Part shown: in pieces, positions 22,700 through 33,090 of the stretch
Layout: the number at the start of each line of letters is the position of its first letter
Position numbering within the stretch: position 1 is the first letter of the stretch
The notes under the pieces: model-generated
Told to the model about the DNA's origin: nothing
The model's input: only the letters and a program-made list of their open reading frames with translations
Database searches by the model: none
Source of the DNA: Macrostomum lignano
Taxonomy: Eukaryota
Assembly: GCA_002269645.1 (NCBI GenBank)
Contig: NIVC01000523.1
Location: 1 to 40,442 of the forward strand
Direction of reading: 5' to 3'
Length of the DNA stretch: 40,442 bases
Made by a program: the position numbers and the translations under genes

Positions 22700-23060
22700 T
22701 GATCCTACATCTCCGCTCACTCAGAATCCTTGATCCTACATCTCCGCTCACTCAGAATCCTTGATCCTGTATCTCCGCTCACTCAGAATCCTTGATCCTG
22801 TATCTCCGCTCACTCAGAATCCTTGATTCTGCATCTCCGCTCCCTCAGCTTTCTTAATCCTGCATCGCCGCTCCCTCAGAATCTTTGATCCTGCATCTCC
22901 GCTCCCTCAGCTTCCTTGATCCTGCATTGCCGCTCCCTCAGAATCTTTGATCCTGCATCTCCGCTCCCTCAGCTTCCTTGATCCTGCATTGCCGCTCCCT
23001 CAGCTTCCTTGATCCTGCATTGCCGCTCCCTCAGAATCCTTGAATCTGCATCTCCGCTCC
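22700..23060. repeat. Minisatellite, 31-bp units, in the probable Cactin 3' UTR
   Basis: CTTGATCCTGCATCTCCGCTC(A/C)CTCAGAATC repeated. Confidence 0.92.
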
Positions 23061-23065
23061 CTTTG

Positions 23066-23077
23066 AATAAAAAATAA
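23066..23077 (+). terminator. Candidate polyadenylation signal(s) for Cactin
   Basis: Tandem AATAAA hexamers (AATAAAAAATAAAAA) immediately after the 3' minisatellite. Confidence 0.4.
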
Positions 23078-23574
23078 AAATTTTCGTACCCTTTGCCTAT
23101 ATCGAAATGAAAGAGTGAATATGGAACAGGCTTTGATTTTTTGTCAGTGCAGCGCTTGAAAAATTGGTTGGGTTGATTTAAAGCGCACAATAACCTTGAC
23201 TACTTTGTACTTTAGCTGTCATTGTTCTATTGTATGCACTTTTAAATGTGTGAGCTCAAAACCCTGCCCATAATTCTTGTTTATCTGTTATTTTAATTAC
23301 TGAGTATATGCCGCTTGTATGATTATAATTTGTGCGTTTTATATATATATATACATATGTGCTACCGTTTCTACGTGTTAGGCGTGTATATCTATTCCGC
23401 TGGGAGTACTGCAACACACGGTAAACTGTGAAATGTATATTGATATTGGGTTCATTGATTTCATCGATTTAAATCTGATATAAATATTATGCGAGTACTC
23501 GTATATTACAATTTGCATATTAATCTGGATTGCAGACCAAAAACTCTGCTTTGTGGGCTTAGCCTCAGTACCCC

Positions 23575-24500
23575 TTCTGAAAATCGCCCTCTGATCCCCA
23601 TTGAGAATCGCCCTCTGATCCCCATTGAGAATCGCCCTCTGATCTCCATTGAGAATCGCCCTCTGATCTCCATTGAGAATCGCCCTCTGATCTCCATTGA
23701 GAATCGCCCTCTGATCTCCATTGAGAATCGCCCTCTGATCCCCATTGAGAATCGCCCTCTGATCTCCATTGAGAATCGCCCTCTGATCTCCATTGAGAAT
23801 CGCCCTCTGATCTCCACTGAGAATCGCCCTCTGATCCCCATTGAGAACCGCCCTCTGATCTCCATTGAGAATCGCCCTCTGATCTCCATTGAGAATCGCC
23901 CTCTGATCTCCACTGAGAATCGCCCTCTGATCCCCATTGAGAACCGCCCTCTGATCTCCATTGAGAATCGCCCTCTGATCTCCATTGAGAATCGCCCTCT
24001 GATCTCCATTGAGAATCGCCCTCTGATCTCCATTGAGAATCGCCCTCTGATCTCCATTGAGAATCGCCCTCTGATCTCCATTGAGAATCGCCCTCTTATC
24101 CCCATTGAGAACCGCCCTCTGATCTCCATTGAGAATCGCCCTCTGATCTCCATTGAGAATCGCCCTCTTATCCCCATTGAGAATCGCCCTCTGATCTCCA
24201 TTGAGAATCGCCCTCTGATCTCCATTGAGAATCGCCCTCTGATCTCCATTGAGAATCGCCCTCTGATCTCCATTGAGAATCGCCCTCTGATCTCCACTGA
24301 GAATCGCCCTCTGATCCCCATTGAGAACCGCCCTCTGATCTCCATTGAGAATCGCCCTCTGATCTCCATTGAGAATCGCCCTCTGATCTCCATTGAGAAT
24401 CGCCCTCTGATCTCCATTGAGAATCGCCCTCTGATCTCCATTGAGAATCGCCCTCTGATCTCCATTGAGAATCGCCCTCTTATCCCCATTGAGAACCGCC
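23575..24500. repeat. Minisatellite, 24-bp units, highly homogeneous
   Basis: GAGAATCGCCCTCTGATCTCCATT repeated about 38 times. Confidence 0.97.
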
Positions 24501-24689
24501 CTATATTCCAGATTTCAATCATCTGCGCTTTGACAAGCGGCATTGCACGGTAGATTAGTATCATGGATGCGGCAGTCGGTTCCCATATGAAAGGCAAAAA
24601 ATAGATAAAATATCTAAATCATTATCATAGCATTTCATTCCTTTTTTAAGCTAAACAAACTGGTGTTATCTGAGACTCTTATTTAGGCA

Positions 24690-24935
24690 GAAAGTGAAAG
24701 TGACACTTTATCAAAGTAAAAGTGGCACTCTGTCAGATCAAAAGTGGCACCTTATCTAAGTGAAAGTGGCACTTTATCAAAGTGAAAGTGGCACTTTATC
24801 GAAGTAGAAGTGGCACTTTATCAAAGTAAAAGTGGTGCTTTGTCAAAGTAAAAGTGGCACTTTATAAAAGTAAAAGTAGCGCTTTATCAAAGTAAAAGTG
24901 GCGCTTTATCAAAGTAAAAGTGGCACTTTATCAGA
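24690..24935. repeat. Degenerate minisatellite, ~22-bp units
   Basis: AAAGTAAAAGTGGCACTTTATC repeated. Confidence 0.85.
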
Positions 24936-25404
24936 TAAAAAATGGGACTCACGAGCGTAATAAAAGTAAATTTATGTTGTTGCAACCTAAAGTGTCAAGT
25001 TATTTAATCTTAGAGCGAGTCTCATGTGGCCCTTGCCAACCTATGCATGCATTCACAACATTTTGATATCTTATAGTTTCGTTTCTAACTATTTTGGCGA
25101 ATTTCTACGACCAAGTACGAGTAAAAATGATTGCAAAATCGAATCAAAGGACATTCGGTGGTAAATTATTTAACGATTCGACTGTCCCTGGTAACGGCGG
25201 TGGCTGTAGCTTCATCTCAGTCGTCGCTAATGCGTTCCGCCTTTAGCTCTGATAGGATGCATGAGAGCATGCTAAATCACATTTCTGTGCCGGGCAACAG
25301 ACTGAAAATACTCCTACCTAGAATTAGTACAGCTAATGCGATTGGGTTCGGGCTTGTACTTTTCCACTTTTAACACTAGAGTATGTGTTAGACTGACGGT
25401 GTAT

Positions 25405-25570
25405 CACATGTAGGATTGAGTAGGGCACCTGTTAGTGTCACCTGTAGGATTGAGTAGGGTACCAGCTGTTAGTGCCACCTGTAGGATTGAGTAGGGTACC
25501 AGCTGTTAGTGTCACCTGTAGGATTGAGTAGGATACCTGTTAGTGTCACCTGTGGGATTGAGTAGGTTCC
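25405..25570. repeat. Short minisatellite, 33-37-bp units
   Basis: GTAGGATTGAGTAGGGTACC(AGC)TGTTAGTGTCACCT repeated 4-5 times. Confidence 0.85.
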
Positions 25571-25584
25571 TTTCTAAGGTTCTG

Positions 25585-25820
25585 ATTCCTTTCTAAGATC
25601 CCCGATGATTCCTGTTAAGATTCCCGATGATTCCTGTTAAGATTCCCGATGATTCCTGTTAAGATTCCCGATGATTCCTTTCTAAGATCCCCGATGATTC
25701 CTGTTAAGATTCCCGATGATTCCTGTTAAGATTCCCGATGATTCCTGTTAAGATTCCCGATGATTCCTTTCTAAGATTCCCGATGATTCCTGTTAAGATT
25801 CCCGATGATTCCTGTTGAGA
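25585..25820. repeat. Minisatellite, 22-bp units
   Basis: GATTCCCGATGATTCCTGTTAA repeated. Confidence 0.92.
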
Positions 25821-26374
25821 TTATCGATGATGAAAAATAAGTTTACTACATAATTGACATTCACTGCACTGCGCTTGAAATGGGTAAACATTGCATTTAT
25901 TACCGTACGAGTTGCAACGAACAATTCACCGTTAAAATTTCGCTCATCTGTAAGAAAAAAAATAGTTGAATGCATATGACATGCTTCATCGGACAGAAAA
26001 AGGAGCTGGAAAAAACGAATACAGAAATACAGCAAAGATAAAACAATAAGCTTCTATAGAGCAACTCTGAAAAAATATATCTATTTTTCTAGAGAAACGG
26101 GCGGAGAAACAATCTACTTTGTCGTGATCGTATGCTTGATTGGCTCGCGATATTTGTTTAAATCAGTTGTTGAAATTTCGTTTTTTTTAGATTTTTCCTA
26201 GTACAATACTCAAAATTAGTCACTGCAGCTCGACGTTCGAACGGTTCCTTTGGAGCCGGCTTTTGCTTATTAGAGTACGCGCGTTGAGGATATAACAGAC
26301 AGTAGATTTGATATAATCACAGCTAAATGTGCTTTCAAATTGTGAGATGACTTGGCTCAAGAGAGAAAGCAATT

Positions 26375-27352
26375 TCTGAGATGTCCAGGCTCATGGGAAA
26401 TTGCTGGGATGTCAAGGCTCATGGGGAATTGCTGGGATGTCAAGGCTCATGGGGAATTGCTGGGATGTCAAGGCTCATGGGGAATTGCTGGGATGTCAAG
26501 ACTCATTGGGGAATTGCTGAGGTGCCGAGGCTCATGGGGGAATTGCTGAGGTGCCGAGGCTCATGGGGGAATTGCTGAGGTGCCGAGGCTCATGGGGGAA
26601 TTGCTGAGGTGCCGAGGCTCATGGGGGAATTGCTGAGGTGCCGAGGCTCATGGGGGAATTGCTGAGGTGCCGAGGCTCATGGGGGAATTGCTGGGATGTT
26701 AAGGCTCAGGAAGGAATTGCTGGGATGTCAAGGCTCAGGGGGGGGGAATTGCTGAGGTACCAAGGCTCATGGGGGAATTGCTGGGATGTCGAGGCTCATG
26801 GGGGAATTGCTGAGGTGCCGAGGCTCATGGGGGAATTGCTGAGGTGCCGAGGCTCATGGGGGAATTGCTTGGATGTCAAGGCTCAGGGGGGAATTGCTGG
26901 GATGTCAAGGCTCAGGGGGGAATTGCTGGGATGTCAGGGCTCATGGGGGAATTGCTGAAGTGCTGAGGCTCACGGGGGAATTGCTGGGATGTCGAGGCTC
27001 ATGGGGGAATTGCTGGGATGTCCAGGCTCATGGGGAATTGCTGGGATGTCAAGACTCATGGGGAATTGCTGGGATGTCAAGACTCATTGGGGAATTGCTG
27101 AGGTGCCGAGGCTCATGGGGGAATTGCTGAGGTGCCGAGGCTCATGGGGGAATTGCTGAGGTGCCGAGGCTCATGGGGGAATTGCTGAGGTGCCGAGGCT
27201 CATGGGGGAATTGCTGGGATGTCAAGGCTCAGGGGGGAATTGCTGGGATGTCGAGGCTCATGGGGGAATTGCTGAGGTGCCGAGGCTCATGGGGGAATTG
27301 CTGAGGTGCCGAGGCTCATGGGGGAATTGCTAAGGTGCCGAGGCTCATGGGG
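26375..27352. repeat. Minisatellite, 28/29-bp units
   Basis: GGCTCATGGGGGAATTGCTG(AGGTGCCGA/GGATGTCAA) with two alternating tail variants. Confidence 0.95.
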
Positions 27353-28220
27353 TAGCTGTTTTTGCTGCATCCTTAATTACCTCCCAACGCGGCTAGAATT
27401 GCCAGCTCTCTCTAAAGCTTACTTGACAGACTCTCGAATCAAGCCTCAACCTATGGGATGAGCAGAAACGTAAAAAAGTGAATCAAGGCTTGTGTTAACC
27501 AGTAAAGTAGCAAAAATCAAACAGAATGCAATGTACCGGTAAAAATTTGAAATTCAGCTAATAACTAAAATATTATCTGTTCCAATTAGCTGAACGAGAC
27601 ATCTAAGAGATGCTATATACCTTGAGACGAAAGGTCAATCGAATGTTAACTATCATCGGCAACTCCTATTACCGCTGCGATATTTGAGATAAAAACTGCG
27701 TATTAAATACTGGACTAAACCGGATTCCGGGCACGAAAACGTTCTTCGTGACGTGACGTTCGCTCGTGCCTCGTATTTCACTTTTTAAAATTCGTGATCT
27801 AAGTCGTAGCTCGTGTTTCTTTTGTTGAAAAATGACTTCATAACTGATTGAATTGAAAATTTCTTGATTTGCTCTAAAAATGTTGAGGACACTGGAGCCA
27901 AAGGGAGCTTTTGGGGCTTAAAATTGTCTTGTGGGTTGTACCGTGCGATTCGCACCCAGGAGAACCAACCCACAAAACACAGAGAATGTACATGCCAGAC
28001 GATTAGAAAGTCAGGCCCGCTGTGCACCCTGAGTGAGCGCGTGTTTGAGTGCCGTGCCTGAGCTTGCATGTGCTCAGCAGTCAGAGGAAATGGGCAGAAT
28101 TTCCTCAGACGTCGCGAGGCTTGGACGCTAAGCTGCTCTGTTCATATTTGCTTTATGGCTTTAAAAGCCCGGGAAATTGATTTTTAACAAATGTCTTTTT
28201 CATCAATCATCGACTGTCCC

Positions 28221-29875
28221 TCACACGGAGGTCTCGTACACCAGGCAGACAGCCTCGACCAGCATGGGAGTCGGGCTAGGGCTGGGACTGGCACTGCGGG
28301 TCCCCTGAAGGCAGCCACGGCCTCCTGGTGGCAGCAGGCGCACATGCTGCTGCTGATTGCCGTCTCTGCTGAAAACCGGTATAAGACCAGCCGACTTCTT
28401 GTCTCTCCGCGGCTGCTCCTCGCAGTCCTGACTGAGCGGCTCGCTGAACCGGACCAGCCGAGGCCGCTGACGCCATTGGCGACGCCGATGCCAGCAGCAG
28501 AAGTTGGCCAGGCCTTCGCGGCAACGACAGACCAGCCGGCGACCGAAATCCGTGGTGCAGGCCAGCAGTAGGAAGTTGAACAGCGAGTCCAACTCAACCA
28601 GTGTGTTCACTACCAGTTCCGTGAGCGGCGCTTTGTCCTCAACAAAGCCGCAGAGATCGGTGGGACTCTCCAGGATTAAACAGCTGACTGACAGGGCCAC
28701 GATAATGCGAATCGCTTGCCGTTCTCGCCGGCTCTGTCGGCGGCAGTGCCGCATGTCGGCGGGTGGCCGGGTTCGCCTGGCCGGAGCCAAGCGGCTTCGA
28801 GCCGCGGAGGCCTGGCGCAGCACCCGCACCGTGATGCAGGTGGCCACGAATATTGACACGATCGGGAGCAGGCCCTGCAGCACCGGTTGGGTGGGTGATA
28901 AGGTTTAGTATATTAGACTAGCGGTTTTCGGCCCCCCTCTGGGGGTATAATTGATCTCAGCAGATATTGTTGATCCTGCTTTCCCATACTATGCATCCCA
29001 TCCTATTACTATGGATCATATAACATACTATAGATCCCATCTTGTACTTTGGATCCTATAACATACTATATGGATCCCATCCCATCCTATTACTATGGAT
29101 CCCATAGTAGGGTTAAAAGGTTAAAAGGTTAGAAGGGGATGACAGATGGCTGCAGTTTACATCAGCGTGTGTCTCAGCATTAGCACTATAATTTCGAGCT
29201 AAACCCTTCCCCTAAAAATGCGCATTAGGCATCACCTGACCTCACCTGGAAAGCGTAGAATGCAAATTCGATCGCCCGTGCCTGACTCAAACTTAAATAC
29301 TGACTTTTCAGCTGCCCATCCTGCGCCATCACCATGGCAACGCTAAGCGTCATAGCTACACAGCCGATACCGGTTTCCATGACAACCAGGTAAGCCAGAC
29401 GAAACGCTGTGCCTCGCTGCGACGTCAACGGACGAAAGACCGCTTCTACGCGCGACCAGGACACGAGGCACATCGTCCAATTGCGCATGCACAGTGCGGC
29501 GCGAAGCGCGCACAGCAGCACCAAAATTGGCGCCGAAGTCTCCGCAGATTGGTCAGCCGAGGCGGGCAACATGGCGGCAGGCAGGTAGGAGGCGATCACG
29601 CAGCTGTGAAACAGCAGCTCGAACAGGGACATGGCGACCAACAGGCGGCGCAGCACTGGGTGCACGCTGCGACCTCGGCGCAGAAAATGGGCAAACGCCA
29701 GTACAGACAGGCAGCAATTCACGCTGGACAATGGCAGGTAGAAGTACGGCTCCAGTGGGTGAGCGAACCGTTTCACTGGGCTGCTGATATTGCTGAAGTT
29801 GCTGACGCCGCCGCCGATTCTGTTGTAGTTTGACGTCAAAGCAGCTGCAAGCTCGTCGTAAGTTGCCAAGTCCAT
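28221..29875 (-). CDS. Divergent rhodopsin-class (class A) GPCR, two coding exons
   Basis: Exon 1 29875 (or 29974) to 29246, donor CAG|GTGAG; exon 2 28874 to 28221 (TGA), acceptor CTGCAG|GGC; phase 0, joining FAFYAFQ|GLLPIVSIF. Seven hydrophobic segments, N-terminal NFS/NIS sequons, TM3 end SWSRVEAVFRPL (cf. SxDRYxAVxxPL), TM6 ILESP, TM7 LDSLFNFLLL. About 427 aa from Met 29875. Confidence 0.85.
28985..29108. repeat. Short degenerate repeat in the GPCR intron
   Basis: ACTATGGATCCCAT-like motifs recur about 5 times. Confidence 0.6.
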
Positions 29876-30464
29876 ATTGTGCTCTAGGCCAGCTAAAAGA
29901 TTTCGTGCAAGTAAAGACTTCTTCTGTTTTGTGCCTACATAGGTAAATATATAGAGAGAGCTACCGTTCTTCATCCGTGCATGCGTATGTGCTGAAGCGG
30001 CTTAAAACCCAGGGAGCGAGAGCAGCCAATCCGGTTGCAAAATTGGATTCGGAGAAGGCGGTTGCTGAGGCTGAATCGCGGAGGATGAGGTGGAGAGGCT
30101 GGGTAGGGGGATGAGCTACTCTCCGGAGAGGCTAAGAGGATATTTCAAAGGGGATTATTGAGTGACTTAGGAGCAGCTAAGTTCTACTGAATCCCCATGC
30201 GTCTGCAGCATAAATGAGTTTTTGTTAATCCACCTGTAAGAGAAAACAAATTAAATTTTTATTTGTTTCTTTGTTTGTTCAGTGATTAATTTTGCATTCT
30301 GTTTTGTTGCTGGTGATTTTAATGAAGAATTGAAAGAAAGAAAAAATTTTAACCAAAATCAGTGATTACAAACCACTTTTACAAATGGAGATGATAATAA
30401 ATAATGCCGTTTTAAAATATTCATTTGTGTTCATGCCTTTTATCATACAGGAGCTGTCTTTGTG

Positions 30465-31170
30465 AGTAGGTTATCCTACAAGTGCTGTCATTTGTGAGTA
30501 GGTTAACCTACAATTGCAGTAATTTGTGAGTAGGTCATCCTACAAGTGCAGTCATTTGTGAGTAGGTCATCCTACAAGTGCAGTCATTTGTGAGTAGGTC
30601 ATCCTACAAGTGCTGTCATTTGTGAGTAGGTTAACCTACAAGTGCAGTCATTTGTGAGTAGGTCATCCTACAAGTGATGTCATTTGTGAGTAGGTTAACC
30701 TACAAGTGCAGTCATTTGTGAGTAGGTCATCCTACAAGTGATGTCATTTGTGAGTAGGTCATCCTACAAGTGATGTCATTTGTGAGTAGGTCATTTTACA
30801 AGTGATGTCATTTGTGAGTAGGTTATCCTACAAGTGATGTCATTTGTGAGTAGGTCATCCTACAAGTGATGTCATTTGTGAGTAGGTCATTTTACAAGTG
30901 TTGTCATTTGTGAGTAGGTTATCCTACAAGTGATGTCATTTGTGAGTAGGTTATCCTACAATTGTGCTGTCATTTGTGAGTAGGTTATCCTACATGTTTT
31001 GTCATTTGTGAGTAGGTCATCCTACAAGTGCTGTTATTTGTGAGTAGGTTATCCACCAAGTGCTGTCATTTGTGAGTAGGTCATCCTACAAGTGCTGTTA
31101 TTTGTGAGTAGGTTATCCACCAAGTGCTGTCATTTGTGAGTAGGTTATCCTACAAGTGCTGTCATTTTGT
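30465..31170. repeat. Minisatellite, 32-bp units with an internal hairpin
   Basis: GTCATTTGTGAGTAGGT(C/T)ATCCTACAAGTG(CA/AT/CT); GTAGG-N4-CCTAC palindrome in each unit. Confidence 0.95.
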
Positions 31171-31486
31171 GAGTAGATCAAGCCAACATCTTGCATCCTT
31201 GTAAAGTTGTTCACTGAAGCGTTTACTGTCGGGGAGGCACAGCTTCAAACGGAATTATGTTCGCGTTTTAAGAGCAACTCAACATCGACTCAAAATAAAT
31301 CGAAGGCTTTATAAAATTACTTCGGTAGAAGCTTCAGCTTCCTTAGTCATTTTCCTGCAATTAAGAAAATTTCTACAACTAATGCCAGAAGAAAATCTGG
31401 GCTAAAAGATGCATTTGTAAATAAGAGGTTATTAGGCTTAAAAAAACCTTTGATGCACCTTTCAGAATTTTCGCTAAGTTTTTTGC

Positions 31487-31940
31487 GCCCCAGTCTTGCA
31501 GCTCTGATGCCCCAGTCTTGCAGCTCTGACGCCCCAGTCTTGCAGCTCTGACGCCCCAGTCTTGCAGCTCTGATGCCCCAGTCTTGCAGCTCGGACGCCC
31601 CAGTCTTGCAGCTCGGACGCCCCAGTCTTGCAGCTCTGACGCCCCAGTCTTGCAGCTCTGACGCCCCAGTCTTGCAGCTCTGATGCCCCAGTCTTGCAGC
31701 TCGGACGCCCCAGTCTTGCAGCTCGGACGCCCCAGTCTTGCAGCTCTGATGCCCCAGTCTTGCAGCTCTGACGCCCCAGTCTTGCAGCTCTTGCGCCCCA
31801 GTCTTGCAGCTCTGGCGCCCCAGTCTTGCAGCTCTGACGCCCCAGTCTTGCAGCTCTGATGCCCCAGTCTTGCAGCTCTGGCGCCCCAGGCTTGCAGCTC
31901 TGACGCCCCAGTCTTGCAGCTCTGATGCCCCAGGCTTGCA
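31487..31940. repeat. Minisatellite, 22-bp units
   Basis: GCCCCAGTCTTGCAGCTCTGA(C/T) repeated about 20 times. Confidence 0.95.
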
Positions 31941-32394
31941 GGTAGTCACGCTACACTTTCACCACAGCAATCATCCCAGCAACAAGGAATCCTTAGTTTC
32001 GCATGGCTGATTGCGGAACAAGAGCCATTCGCAAAGAGCAGATATCGGATTGCTCTTTGAGATAAAATCAAAGTCACGTGATGTTGACGGCTTCAAATGA
32101 CGTCTAACAAAACGACGTCTGCCTTTTTGTTAAGATCAGGCGAAGCAGCCAGCTGGGACTCCCTGCAGAGAGCGGGGTGCCAAGAGGCTGAGTTTATCAT
32201 GCCTGCGATGCAAGGCAGTTCTTTCAAAATCCTATTCAGTGATTGTGAAAGGCGAATTCGGGAATAATTTGTTTCAGAAATTATATCAATAGTTTTGTGA
32301 GACCGCCAAACAGATTGTAAATTACGTTGTTGGAGCATATCTATCGATTTTTGCATGCTCTCGTCTCCGACTCCCTATCGTCTTCTCTGAAACC

Positions 32395-33090
32395 CCGCTG
32401 TCGCGTCTGACACCCTGCCGTCTCATCTGACACCCTGATGTCTCATCTGACACTCCGCTGTCTCATCTGACACCCTGCTGTTTCATCTGACACCCTGCTG
32501 TCTCATCTGACACTCCGCTGTCTCATCTGACACCCTGCTGTTTCATCTGACACCCTGCTGTCTCATCTGACACCCTGCTGTCTCTTCCGACACTTCGCTG
32601 TCTCATCTGACACTTCGCTGTCTCATCTGACACCCTGCGGTTTCATCTGACACCCTGTGGTCTCATCTGACACCCTGATGTCTCATATGACACCCTGCTG
32701 TCTCATCTGACACCCTGTGGTCTCATCTGACACCCTGATGTCTCATCTGACACCCTGTGGTCTCATTTGACACCCTGTGGTCTCATCTGACACCCTGTGG
32801 TCTCATCTGACGCCCTGCTGTCTCATCTGACACCCTGTGGTCTCATCTGACACCCTGCTGTCTCATCTGACACCCTGCTGTCTCTTCCGACACTTCGCTG
32901 TCTCATCTGACACTTCGCTGTCTCATCTGACACCCTGCGGTCTCATCTGACACCCTGTGGTCTCATCTGACACCCTGATGTCTCATATGACACCCTGCTG
33001 TCTCATCTGACACCCTGCTGTCTCATCTGACACTCCGCTGTCTCATCTGACACTCCGCTGTCTCATCTGACACCCTGCTGGCTCATCTGA
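32395..33090. repeat. Minisatellite, 20-bp units with a 300-bp higher-order repeat
   Basis: CATCTGACACCCTGCTGTCT repeated. 32581-32700 and 32881-33000 carry the same ordered variant units (1 difference seen). Confidence 0.95.

Noticed and set aside
23489-24597. 354/363-aa ORFs on both strands (IENRPLIS / MEIRGRFS repeats)
   Set aside because: 24-bp tandem array; open frames on both strands are a repeat artefact.
29876-29974. N-terminal extension MKNGSSLYIF... of the GPCR ORF
   Set aside because: AT-rich, contains an acceptor-like CTTTTAG, and precedes a better Met (29875) followed by glycosylation sequons; kept only as an alternative start.
7555-33090. CRISPR-like appearance of the 20-43-bp repeat arrays
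   Set aside because: Units are head-to-tail with no unique spacers, no cas genes are present, and the context is eukaryotic introns.
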